Made by a program: the position numbers and the translations under genes | The notes under the pieces: generated by a model | What the model saw: only the letters and a program-made list of their open reading frames with translations | What the model was told of the DNA's origin: nothing | Database searches by the model: none | Assembly (NCBI RefSeq): GCF_006345805.1 | Contig: NC_042999.1 | Coordinates: forward strand, 6,696,001 to 6,760,000 | Direction: 5' to 3' | Length of the DNA stretch: 64,000 nucleotides | Source: Octopus sinensis | Lineage: Eukaryota | Part shown: one piece after another, positions 12,471 through 24,778 of the stretch | Layout of the letters: each line of letters opens with the position of its first letter | Position numbering within the stretch: position 1 is the first letter of the stretch

Positions 12471-12475
12471 CGTTT

Positions 12476-12690
12476 TGAATTTTGACACGAGGCCAGCAAT
12501 TTTAGGAGGAGGAGGAGGAGGAGGGGGTTAATTTATTATATCGACCCCAGGACTCGACCTGTACTTTATCTTATCGTCTCCGATGGGATAAAAGGCAAAG
12601 TCGACATCGACGGGATTTGAACTCAAAACGTAGCTAATTGGAAGAACTACCGCTAATCATTTTGCATGACGCGCTACAGAATCTGCTAGT
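12476..12690 (-). mobile_element. Degraded SINE-A with A2 tail, tail-to-tail with the previous copy
   Basis: GACACGAGGCCAGCAATTT tail and AAAGGCAAAGTCGAC domain on the plus strand. Confidence 0.7.
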
Positions 12691-12845
12691 GCCATCATTT
12701 TTATAAAATTTATAACAGTGTCGCAAGAATTTGAATGGACAACGGTCCCTTGATAGCAAATTTTCAATTTTTTCTTAGAAAAACTGAACTAAGCACAGCA
12801 AGCCAACAAAACACCTTATAATCAAACTCGCCAGGTTGTCAAAGC

Positions 12846-12879
12846 ATATATGTATATATATATATATATATTATATATA

Positions 12880-12969
<90 letters not shown>

Positions 12970-13020
12970 CATACATATCTGTATATATATATATATATAT
13001 ATGTATATGTATATATATAA
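12846..13020. repeat. (TA)n microsatellite
   Basis: Direct reading. Confidence 0.95.
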
Positions 13021-13784
13021 TGATATTCGTATGAATACTCGAGTGTATTGAAGTGTATTTGCATATGTTTTCGTGCGCATTCAGTAATTTTTTGATATGG
13101 TGACGTGCAATTGTATAATATCAATGTCAGAAAAATACTAAAGAATTTCCGAGGTGTTGATATCTGAGGAATTATAACCATTAACAGCAGTAGCATATTC
13201 TCAATTCCATTGATTTATTCCGTATTTAGTGATATTCTCTTCTGCAAAATGGATTTAAATTACACAAAATTATTATGAATACGCCACGAAAGTTGCATAA
13301 TCTTAACTAGTTATCTTCGAAAAAGGAAACTGATCCCCTAATTTTTTTCCCTCCGTTCTTTCGTAGACCTGATTGATGGGCTTCAGGGGCCTTCTGACGG
13401 CTTTGAAATACGTGACAATTAAGTTTGCATGGCCTGGAGAAGTGACAATGCTCTCGTTTGTTCCGATAACTGTCAGGCGGTAATTCTTTTTATTGCAACC
13501 CTAGAAATACCTGCAGCCATACAAGTTTACGTGTTATCTTACTTGACAATCAGTGATAGAATATTTGATAGTTTGCATTTTCCTTCCGTAAAAAAAGATT
13601 TTCGTTTGTATTTCGCGTAAATCAGCGAGCTAGGGGATTACACCGACAGGCGTTCCTGGAGGAAAATATTCACCAAATGTATTCTAAAACTTCAGTTGAG
13701 GGAGGTCTCGTTGATTTATGCTAAATGAATGATTTTTCATATATATATATATATATACACACAGCTGATTTTTAAAATCTTTCT

Positions 13785-13827
13785 ATGTATGTATGTATGT
13801 ATGTATGTATGTATGTATGTATGAATG

Positions 13828-13916
<89 letters not shown>
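13785..13916. repeat. (ATGT)n-(ATCT)n microsatellite
   Basis: Direct reading. Confidence 0.95.
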
Positions 13917-13920
<4 letters not shown>

Positions 13921-13942
13921 GTATGTGTTTGTTTTGTATATA

Positions 13943-15170
13943 TTGGGTTGTCCGGAAAGTTCGTGCTGATTTTTAAAGGAAAGTAAAAGGTCAATAAATA
14001 CTTGCCATTACATTTTTAATCAATCAAATACGAACCATTTTGTTGCACAATGCGTCTCCATCTTTCCTTTAACTTGAAAATACCCTCTTCCCAGAATTGA
14101 GGTGGTTTCATGGCAAAGAATTCATCAAGGTATCTTTTTACGTCATCCATGGAATTGAAATTTTTACCATTAAGACTATTCTGCAGAGACCTGAATAAGT
14201 GGAAACCCGAAGGAGCAATATCTGGTGAATATGGAGGGTGAGGTAACACATCCCAGCCGAGTTGCAGCAATTTTTGTCTTGTTCCCAAAGAAACGTGCGG
14301 TCTTGTGTTATCATGTTGGAAAACAACACCCTTCCTGCTTGCCAATTCTGGACGTTACTCAGGGATTGCTGCTTTTAACTTGTGCAGTTGTGTGCAATAT
14401 TTCACAGAACTGTCTGGTTACTTGGGAGAAGCTCATAATACAGAATTCCTTTCCAATCCCACCAGACATAAAGCAAGACTATTTTAGGGTGAAGACTCGC
14501 TTTTGGGGTGGCTAAGGGTGGCTCATGTCGCTTACACCAAGATCGCTTTCTCTGAACATTTCGGTAGGTTAATCTATTTCTCATCACCTGTCATACTTTG
14601 CTTTAAAAAAAGCACGTTTTCATTCCGTTTATAAAGCGAATCACAGATGGAAATGCGATCCAAAAGGTTCTTCTCACTCAACTCATGTGGTACCCAAACA
14701 TCGTAGTGATTTGTGTACCCAAGCTTTACCAGGTGTTCATGAAAGACGGATTTTGATAGGTTGAAGCTTTCTGCCAATTCTTGGGTTGTGCAATGTGGGT
14801 AATTCTCAATGAATGACTTGATTTGGTCACCATCTGTAGTGGATGGTCTGCCCGATCGCTCTTTATCAATAAGACTACAATCTCCAGCTCGGAGTCTTGC
14901 GAACCACTTCGGTACAGTTCTTTCGGATAAAGAAAAATCACCATAAACTGCGTATATTTCTTTGGTTGCTTGTGAGGCATTTTTCCCTTTACGGAAAAAA
15001 GAAAAGCATCAAGTGCCGAAAATGAACTTTCTTATCTTCCATTTTAAAGGGTTACAGAATTAACACAGGTTATAGGAACATAAACCTTCTTCTACGAAAA
15101 GATAGCTTAAACTCTTCTCTAAATGGGGGTGTAGTCAAATCCTATTTTATGGACTCAACCATGTTCTAAA
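13943..15170 (-). mobile_element. Mariner DNA transposon, one TIR missing
   Basis: TA then TTGGGTTGTCCGGAAAGTTCGTGCTGATTT at 13943; transposase inside; no matching TIR near 15170. Confidence 0.92.
14016..15042 (-). pseudogene. Mariner transposase pseudogene (about 340 codons)
   Basis: MEDKKVHFRH start; WVPHEL, TGDEK*, HDNTRPH, HPPYSPDIAPSG motifs; frameshifts, stops, third catalytic D replaced by G. Confidence 0.95.
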
Positions 15171-15489
15171 AGCAATTTCTCAAAGAGTCTCCCTGTTTCA
15201 CTGGGTGTGTGGGGCTCCGGGACGCAAGTAACCGGAGCCGCAGATAGTGAATACTACACGGGACACAAGGCAACAAAGTAGCCAGTACTCAATGCTAGGA
15301 GGTTCGAACGTAAAGTCCATGGTCTCTGGACTGTCAGGCAACCTCCAGGACACAAACACACGCACAAACGATGCACAAACACACACACACACACACACAC
15401 AAACACGCACAAACACGCACACACACACATGCACACACATATATATATATATGTATAGAGTGTTTGAAGTGGTGTACAAATATTGTATA

Positions 15490-15671
15490 TTGAGAAAAAG
15501 GAGGCAGTCAGAATTTTGGATGATTCTTTATTAGCGCTTCTATTCGTTTCCGAACTCATCAAGGCGAAATCAATATCTAGATCCATTTTGATTTTGTCTT
15601 GACCGGTTCGTAAACGAACGAAAGCGCTAATAAAGGATTATCCAATATTCTGACTGCCTCCTTTTTCTCAA
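15490..15671. mobile_element. Foldback MITE in TA context
   Basis: About 50 bp imperfect TIR TTGAGAAAAAGGAGGCAGTCAGAA.. / ..TTCTGACTGCCTCCTTTTTCTCAA; interior also partly pairs. Confidence 0.8.
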
Positions 15672-15744
15672 TATATATATATATATATATATGTAGGTCC
15701 CGGGTTGAGTCGGGGTTAACCACAGTAAATAAGGTACTCAATAC

Positions 15745-15894
15745 ATAGTAGAGTAAAGTAATTTATTTTATAGAAGGAGCTTCTACAGGACTAGAACTGT
15801 TTCATTCAGATGAAACCTTCAGAAGATTTCATCTGAATGAAACAGTTCTAGTCCTGTAGAAGCTCCTTCTATAAAATAAATTACTTTACTCTGC

Positions 15895-15897
<3 letters not shown>
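15745..15897. repeat. Near-perfect palindrome, 76 bp arms, 1 nt centre at 15821
   Basis: Arms complementary except 2 positions; hammerhead-like CTGAAG..GAAAC..GTC motif. Confidence 0.95.
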
Positions 15898-15926
<29 letters not shown>

Positions 15927-15937
15927 ATTATATATAT

Positions 15938-15979
<42 letters not shown>

Positions 15980-15990
15980 CACATACATAC

Positions 15991-16045
<55 letters not shown>

Positions 16046-16933
16046 ATATACATATATGTATATATATTATGGACATTAGCGTATCCATTCTAAACTTGCT
16101 CACATACACTCTCACACGTGTGTCAATATATGGTGATATATTACTATAATTTTTTATATTAATAAATTCATGTATATTTCTACTTAGATAGTTTGTTATA
16201 TAAATCACTCTAATGATACTTCAAAAAACATTTAGAATTATATAGATTCCACAAGAGAAATAAAATTGAAATTTATAAAACATTGAAAATATCTCATATA
16301 ATGCATTATATTAATCAATATATTTTTGTCTACTTCTATCGATTTGTCGAATCTGATGTATTGATTATAATATATTGATTGCGACCTAATGGCTGTCTAC
16401 AACTAAAAACATCATTAATTTCACCTATCGCCGCCGTTGCAATATCTCGTCACTTTAAATTCCTTTCCTTACAAAAAATTGAAATGCTCTCTCTAGTTCT
16501 TGGTCAATTTGGTTAACACCATTCTTTGAATGGCTAAAACAGTTCACAGCACCAGTATTTATCTCTAATTTCCCATAATTTTAAGTAAAAGATTAAATAT
16601 TTTCATGTACAGAAACGTGTTGATACTTATGGTTTGTTAATTTAGAATATTCGGAGTCTGCTGTGTCAGTTCTGATCAGCCTATGATCAAGGCGTTCCAA
16701 AGATGAGCATCCTGCCTTACTTTGTTTTCTTGGTCTGCATTATGAAATGTGCTCTTCCATTTTGTAAAGTGGCACGATGTGATTTGCGGGAGGTTTGGCT
16801 GCAGTTTCTAGCAAGTCCAGAGAACATGTAGACGCTCTCTCGTTGGCTCGTATTTTGAAGTAACTTGAAGTTTTTTGTGTTTAAAAACTCTGGCGAACAA
16901 AATAGAATAAAATAGAATAAATATATTTATATA

Positions 16934-17340
16934 TATTTCTTTATTGCACACAAGGGGCTAAACATAGAGGGAACAAACAAGGACAGACAAAGGGATTAAG
17001 TCGATTACATCGAAACTGGTATTTTATTTATCGCAATTGCGAAACTGGTATTTTATTTATCGACCCCGAAAGGATGAAAGGCAAAGTCGATCTCGGCGGA
17101 ATTTGAACTCAGAACGTAACGACAGACGAAATACCTGTTTCTTTACTACCCGCAAGGGGATAAACACAGATGGGACAAACAAGTTCAGGCAAAGGGATTA
17201 AGTCGATTACAGCGACCCCAGTGCGTAACTGGTACTTATTTAATCGACCCCGAAAGGATGAAAGGCAAAGTCGACCTCGGCGGAATACCACTAAGCATTT
17301 CGTCCGGCGTGCTAACGTGTCTGCCAGATCGCCGCCTTTA
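16934..17340 (-). mobile_element. SINE-A, head + deleted unit + unit
   Basis: Internal junction near 17137; flanked by ATATATTTATATA duplication. Confidence 0.85.
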
Positions 17341-17356
17341 AATATATATTTATATA

Positions 17357-17672
17357 GGCGCATGCGTGGCTGTGTGGTAAGTGTGTTTCCCAATCACAGG
17401 GTCCCGGGTTCAGTCTCGTTGTGTGGCACCTTGGCCAGTGTCTTGTGAAATGATTTGGTAGACGAATATTGAAAGAAACCGCCGTGTGTGTGTGTGTATG
17501 TTTGCCCCTCCCAGTGGCAGACAACTGGTGTTGGTGTGTTTACGTCCCAGTAACATTAGTGGTTTGTCAAAAGAAACCGATAGAATAAGCACTTGGGTCG
17601 AGCCGTTTGACTAAAATTCTTCAACGCGGTACTCCAGTATGGCCGCAGTCTAACAACAGAAACAAATAAAAG
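17357..17672 (+). mobile_element. SINE-B, degraded
   Basis: GTGGCTGTGTGGTAAG head, GGTTCAGTC box, internal (TG)n, tail CTCCAGTATGGCCGCAGTC. Confidence 0.8.
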
Positions 17673-17716
17673 ACAAAAAAAATGGAAGAACCAAGAGAGG
17701 GAAACGTTCTAATTAC

Positions 17717-17941
17717 CTCTTTTACTCTTTTACTTGTTTCAGTCATTTGACTGTGGCCATGCTGGAGCACCGCCTTTAGTCGAGCAAATCGACCCCGGGA
17801 CTTATTCTTTTGTAAGCCCAGTACTTATTCTATCGGTCTCTTTTGCCGAACCGCTAACTTACGGGGACGTAAACACACCAGCATCGGTTGTCAAGCGATG
17901 TTGGGGGGACAAACACAGACACACAAACATATACACAGATG

Positions 17942-17989
<48 letters not shown>

Positions 17990-18153
17990 CGACGGGCTTC
18001 TTTCAGTTTCCGTCTACCAAATCCACTCCCAAGGCTTTGGTCGGCCCGAGGCTATAGTAGAAGACACTTGACCAAAGTTCCACGCAGTGGGACTGAACCC
18101 AGAACCATGTGGTTGGTAAGCAAGCTACTTACCACACAGCCGCTTCTGCGCCT
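17717..18153 (-). mobile_element. SINE-B, full length
   Basis: tRNA-like head, internal (TA)n, tail GCGGTGCTCCAGCATGGCCACAGTCAAATGACTGAAACAAGT(AAAAGAGT)n. Confidence 0.92.
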
Positions 18154-18189
18154 ACAAGAAAAAAAAAATAACGAACAGAGATAAGCGGT

Positions 18190-18900
18190 TTGTTTCCGAA
18201 TCGATGCCTTTCTTATTAGTTTGGTGAATGGTGTTTTGTTTGAATCTCTAATTCTCAATGAAACTATGTAGTCTTTATTCTCTTTGATTCCCCCAAATTT
18301 CGATAAGGCTGTGGATGTTTTAATTTCTTTATCGCTGAAGAGACTGTATGACTAATATATCTTTCTTATGAATTCTCCAGTCTTTCCGATATATGTTTTC
18401 GTTCCCATTGTTCCATTGTTGTTTTTGAAACTGATGGCTGTTCATATTCTACTTCTTTGGTATTTTAAACCAAATCAAGCGGGTAGTCTACCTTATTTAT
18501 GCAGACACTCTTACTGTTTATAAAAGTTCTGGGTTTTCTGGTGAAAATACTTTTAATATTTTGACTGCTACTACATATAATTTTCAAGCATTTTCTGTTG
18601 AATACGGATTTACAAGGGCAATTGCTAGGGAAGTACTTAGCTATCAACTTTATAAACCTTTTCCTTAGATTTACATTTGAAATTAAATGGGAGACAAGCC
18701 AAATAATTATCTGGGTTCTATGTTTGAATTTCTAAATACTGTAGGTTGCAAGAGTTTTTATTTATTTATCTTAATTTCTGAAGGTTTATCGAAAGTTTTA
18801 TGTACTGGTACCTTAAATCTAGGATGGTATCTAAGAAATTAGTTATTTATTATGTTGGTGCTGACGGTAATCCTTATATACACCCTGTATGTGGTGTAAA
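18190..18900 (-). pseudogene. Penelope-like element remnant (RT C-terminal linker + GIY-YIG)
   Basis: IIIWL..SNVNLRKRFIKLIAKYFP..KSVFNRKCLKIICS and TKTYIGKT..TSTALSK, with stops. Confidence 0.7.
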
Positions 18901-20081
18901 ATGTAATGACGCACAATACTAGTCTTGTCTCCTTCTCTACGTAATGAGCAAACGCTGCCATCTTGAAACTAGGGAAGTTTGCGTCAGTTTTATACAGAAA
19001 TCAAAAAGGGAGGTAACTAATGGATTTAATAGCTGTTTGTTAGTATTGCCCGTCAGTTGGCCGGTCACTCCATCTGGAAGACCTCGAGGTTGAGGGGATC
19101 CCGATCGATAGATGAAAGATAGAGTTGTTAGTTCTTATGTAGAGACCGTGAACGACTCCAACGGGGCGGAGAAATAATCATTTTGTTAAAAGAGAAGGAA
19201 AGGAAACCAGTTTTGTATGAGTCATTTTATAAAATAAATTGCTCCGGTCTCTATTTATACTTTACGCATTTTTCCATTTATTGTTGTTTCCTTCATTTTT
19301 AAAAAGAAACACACACACACAGACAGACATACACACACTGATATTTGTTTGACGAATAAAAAAAAATGTTACTTGCGATTGTAATTATTGTTCTGCATCA
19401 TAAATATTAAAAGGAATCCTGTGTGTGAAGCGTGTGTGCGGTCGTTGTAAATGATAACGACAAATACAACCAACGCAAACTACGGCAATGCAAACTGACT
19501 CATTATTGGTTTGCATAACTTTATGATATAAATTCTATTGGTCTTTCAAATATAAATGGAACATAATAGAATGAAGTCAGAATGATTATTAAACATTGTA
19601 TATAATGGAACCAAAAATTGCAAGAAGGTTATTGCAAGTATAATTCCTGTTGCAATCCACCATGGGATTAGTATTAAGACTTATAAGAAAATTTCTGATT
19701 TCTTTTAAATAAATTTCTATCGTACACACTTCTGGCATATTGATACTCCATTATTAGTTCTTCCTAAATATTCATCTATAAATGTACTGATTATACATTT
19801 GAAGACTTGAGAATGCGATTTGATTAAAGTTGGACTTTTGTATGTTTATGGTTTTATTCCCAAAGCGATAAACGGTTGAGTCGTAAACTTTGACAACGAC
19901 GTTCCATTGACAACACAAAAACCAACCCGTTTGATATGTTGAGAAAGTGAAACAATTCTGTTCGCGATATTAATTTCCGTTCTATTCAATGTCAAATGAA
20001 CTAAGAGAACAATGCAGAGGCCTTAGAATCCTAAATTAAATGAATGTTTCCTTAATGCTTTTCAAAACAACATAGAAACTG

Positions 20082-20132
20082 ATTAAAATATGTCAGAGTC
20101 AGCAATATTTGAATAAAAACACACACACACAC

Positions 20133-20178
<46 letters not shown>

Positions 20179-20274
20179 ATATGTATATATATATAACTAT
20201 ATATATATATATTATATATATATATATATGTATGTATATGTATGTATGTATATGTATGTGTATGTATGTATATG

Positions 20275-20320
<46 letters not shown>

Positions 20321-20370
20321 TATTATATATATATATTAAAATATGTCAGAGTCAGCAATATTTGAATAAA

Positions 20371-20433
<63 letters not shown>

Positions 20434-20465
20434 ATGTATGTATGTATATATATATATATACATAT
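20082..20465. repeat. AC/TA/TATG microsatellite with a duplicated 40 bp flank
   Basis: Identical 40-mer at 20082-20121 and 20335-20374. Confidence 0.93.
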
Positions 20466-20994
20466 GCATCCACTGTTTAAAGTATGATACGAGATCCAAA
20501 TCAATATATCTCCAAAGGTTCTAAGTGTTCATAAGAATGTACGACACGGGGCAACTTCAATCGGTGCCATGGCAATCGGCAGACAATTTTCACTCAAAAA
20601 GGCGGTTTCCACTCGCTTCTTTCGACTGAATGACTTCCATTTATTCTGGTTCAAAGCTGCAATCATCCTCTTCTAAGACATCTGCAGCCTTTTCTGCTCT
20701 TTGAAATCATCCAATTACAAGCAACTTTTCGACTATATCTACTGCTGCATCAACGACCTTTATCTGATTTCCCTCACACCTGAAGTTATCTTGGTTCTTG
20801 TGCTTATTCTATACAGAGGCTGCTGGTGTTCAAAACACGGTTTCCCCCCATCACTGAATCACCTGAACGCTGAATGCAACAAGACAATCTCTTTCAAGAC
20901 TTTCTCTTGCCACTCTGTCAGATTCACATACACGCCAAGCGAGAAACCAATTCATGTTTCTTCAAACCAACAAAACCACTGATCTTAATATTTT

Positions 20995-21215
20995 TTTCTA
21001 TTCTAGTCACAAGGCCCGGAATTTTTGGGGAGGAGGCCAGTCGATTAGATCGACTCCAGTATGCAACTGGTACTTAATTTAACGACCTCGAAAGGATGAA
21101 AAGCAAAGTCGACTTCGGTGGAATTTGAACTCAGAACGTAAAGACAGATAAAATACCTATTTCTTTACTGCCCACTAAACACAGAAAGGACAAACAATGA
21201 CAGACAAACGGATTA
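20995..21215 (-). mobile_element. SINE-A, partial A1 unit + A3-tailed unit
   Basis: Junction AAATACCTATTTC on plus strand; A3 tail. Confidence 0.8.
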
Positions 21216-21800
21216 TTTCGAGCATGGAACGACAATATGAGTCTTCGAAAGCAGTTACTCCCGCAAGCCAAAATAAAATTTGGGATCTGCGGAGGGTCAA
21301 AGTCGGTAACAAAAACAGGACAGTGGAGACATACAAGGAAACCGAACAAAAACAAACATGAAGGGTCGTTAGACCAGACGAAGGTAAAATCGCGAACGCT
21401 GGAGGAATATTTTCTTTGACAAGAGAAAAGATAGGAGAGACAGATGAGATACATGTAGTCTCTACGTCAGCCGTAAAGGAAAAGAAAGATGATCACGAGA
21501 GGAAAAGAAAGATGGACGATGGTTACGTGCGAACAACGAGGGAGAGTAAAGGAGAGAGAGAGAGAGAGTAAAGGAAAAAGAGGGAGAGAGAGACAGATAG
21601 ATAGAAAACGGTGAAGGGGAGAAAATTAGAGAAAGGATGAGAGAGAAAATGACAAGTAACATAAAGAACGACCCTTCATCAGTTGCCGCCTGTCCATCTA
21701 CTCCTCATTTCGAGCGTTGAACGACAATAAGAGTCTTCGAAGGCAGTTGCTCCCGCAAACCAAAATAAAATTTGGTATTTGCAGAAGGTCAAGGCGTGAA
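21215..21800. mobile_element. Probable Penelope-like pseudo-LTR remnant with about 90 bp direct repeats
   Basis: Direct repeats at about 21215 and 21705; inverted ATGAAGGGTCGTT / AACGACCCTTCAT. Confidence 0.45.
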
Positions 21801-22515
21801 ACGAAATATAATGCACAATGTCACGATAAGTCATCCTATACGTGAATATCACATTCTAAAGATGAGATAATGCGTAAAATATATTTTGCACGAAGAAGGG
21901 TCGAATCAAATACATTAATTACATAAAACTTCTGAAGGTTCTGACTCTAAATTTAATTCCTACGGGGGAAACATTGTCTTAGACTCGGCGGAGGTTGATA
22001 AAATTAGTGAAAGTCACATTGAATTTACTGTTCCCTGTTCTTGAACAAATGGCTTCGTGTCAAACAAAGAAATCAATAAGTTAACAGCCATCTTTCACTG
22101 GCAAAGCCTCATTTTCACCATATAAATGATTCCTACGTATGCAACATCTCATCTTCCCCGCCTCCTCTGCTCCTCCTCATTATCATTCTTTATCTTCCTC
22201 CTCCTCCTCCTCCTCCTCCTATCCCCCCTCTCTCTCTTCATCATTATCATTCTTATCGCTCTCATTCATATCTTTTAGATGATAATGTTTAGAATTATAA
22301 TTGAATTCATTTATCGAACAGCCCAATGTTTGCACCGTTGATAGCAGCGCCCTTATCGTGTAATCATATACACCCAGTTACAATGTTATTTTAAACATAA
22401 GCCGCATGTTATCCGCTTCATTTGATGAATGACAGAATCGTTACTGAGACACATAAGGATTTTTAGCTATACACACACACACACACACGCAACAGTGTGT
22501 ATATACATATATATA

Positions 22516-22596
<81 letters not shown>

Positions 22597-22737
22597 GAGT
22601 TTTATGTGTAACATAGTATGTCAGCTTGTGAGATGCCCTGAATATACTTTACGGTTCATAAATTAATCATTATTTCCCATATTCACATTCTATCTATCTG
22701 TCTGTCTCTTTTTATCTATCTATCTGTCTGTCTGTCA

Positions 22738-22823
<86 letters not shown>

Positions 22824-22884
22824 ATCTATCTATCTGTCTGTCTGTCTGGACATACATAAACGCACGTACACACACACACACATA

Positions 22885-22927
<43 letters not shown>

Positions 22928-23379
22928 AATATACTGTATTTTATATAGTGTGTTAGCGATAATATGTATGTGTACGTGTGAATATATATTTGTGTGTATG
23001 TGCGTGTGTATGTGTGTGTGTATATACGAATCATAATTATATATATATCTTATGCACACCTACCTTTCTCTCACTCTCTTTCTCTCCCCTTCTCTCTCTC
23101 TCTCAAACTCTCTCTCACACACACACTCTCTCTCTATATATATACAAAGAAAGAGGGGAAGTACGTTGTTATGATACACATGCGTACGCATGTGTGTGTG
23201 GAGAGACCGGACAAAGTGGGAAATAAAATCTAATTTATTTACATATATATGAATGATAATATTTCATCTCCCATGTCTAGGTCTACCGTGTTCTGTCCTC
23301 ATATAGGTACAAAGAGATAGTTATATAAAACATACATAGAAACATACTTACATACTTACGTACAGCATCCAACATACAC

Positions 23380-23421
<42 letters not shown>

Positions 23422-23599
23422 TATATATATATTTCAGTAGGTGAATGAATAATCCTATGTTTATCGTCAGCATGAAAAATTCGTTTAACCGAAACCTGGG
23501 TAGCAAATTCACGTCAGAAAACACGGTTGAAGCGACCTGTCAAGGGTAGAAACTCCGGGTTCATGTGTAGAAATTTGTGTGTTGTATATGAATAAATGA

Positions 23600-24610
23600 A
23601 AGAACGAAGATGTTAACAAAATTCCTTTACTCTCGACACATATTTCGAAGACAGCATATTTTCATTCCGAAGGAATAAAGGGTGCATTATGCAATCTTCT
23701 CACCAGGAAAGATAAGGAGCCTCTCTCGACAACAAGACAAACAAAAATTTCGATGATTGCCTACATGGTAACCAAAGCGATAATGAGTGTTTTTTTTAAA
23801 AAAATCCGTTAGAAGCATTGACGTCAAAAATGGATAGTAGGAGGAAGTAAAAATAGGTAGGGGATAGTATATTTGCTGTATATATGGAAGTGTGTGGGTG
23901 TGTGCTTGTGTTAATGAGTGCGTGTGTTTGTGTGTGTGTGTGTGTGTATGTGTGTGTGTATATAACTGTATTTGTGTCTGTGTGTGTGATTGTGTGTGTG
24001 AGAGAGAGACAGACGTCAAAGATAGGCAGTAGTAAGGGAAGATATAAAGGAGTAATAGGTAGGGAACAAGTGGAGAGGGAAGTGTACGTTGATTGAAAGA
24101 ATGTTCGAAGGCTTAGGAAAGAATTTCTCTATAATAGTGGGGTTGACGTGAAGCTAATTGTTAAAACCACAGTGACTATCGTTATCATTTATATGAGTAG
24201 AAAGTGTGTTTCTGCCAATGTTTACATTTGTACGATTTTTTTTCCATGAGTGTGTTTACTAGGGGAACCTTAGCGAAAAGAATATGGAAGAGTTCAGAGT
24301 TACAAATGTTACAAAATCCCCTGCCCTTATCAAAAGGAAATGATACAGACAATATGAACCAATCCAACTTGAAAATTATATTGTTGTCTTTAAGACGCCA
24401 AACTAATTTACTTAGCCCTGTACTATGTCGTTTTTTTCTATCCCTGAATGTCGAATAGTGGTTAGAAATTCTCTTGGATAACTGAGAAGTGGACGCTCCT
24501 ATAAAGAAGAAAACATCGGTAACGGAAGAAATTCTACACTGGTAAATGGAATTCTTAATTTTGGAATTACTAGACAAAAATTTAATTCTGTTAGGGTTGT
24601 CCTCCGAGAT
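23600..24610 (-). mobile_element. Penelope-like 3' fragment with open GIY-YIG endonuclease segment (24185-24577)
   Basis: IYQC..FFIGAST..RISNHYSTF..STGLSKLVWRLK..W.IL..CNIC..CKH pattern; microsatellite-containing 3' UTR downstream. Confidence 0.8.
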
Positions 24611-24778
24611 CGAGACGAAGTTTTTATTGTTATGATTGTTGTTTTTATTATTATTAGCGCTAACAACTACACTATTTATATTATTATTAGTATTATTAAT
24701 TGTACTACAACCAGCAATACCCCCGACAATAATACCGTTATTGTTGTTACCCTCAACACTACCAATGTTATTAATAAA

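Noticed and set aside
20500-20980. Moderately GC-rich stretch with partial open frames
   Set aside because: Stops in the long frames and no recognisable motif; probably a decayed retroelement, but not supportable.
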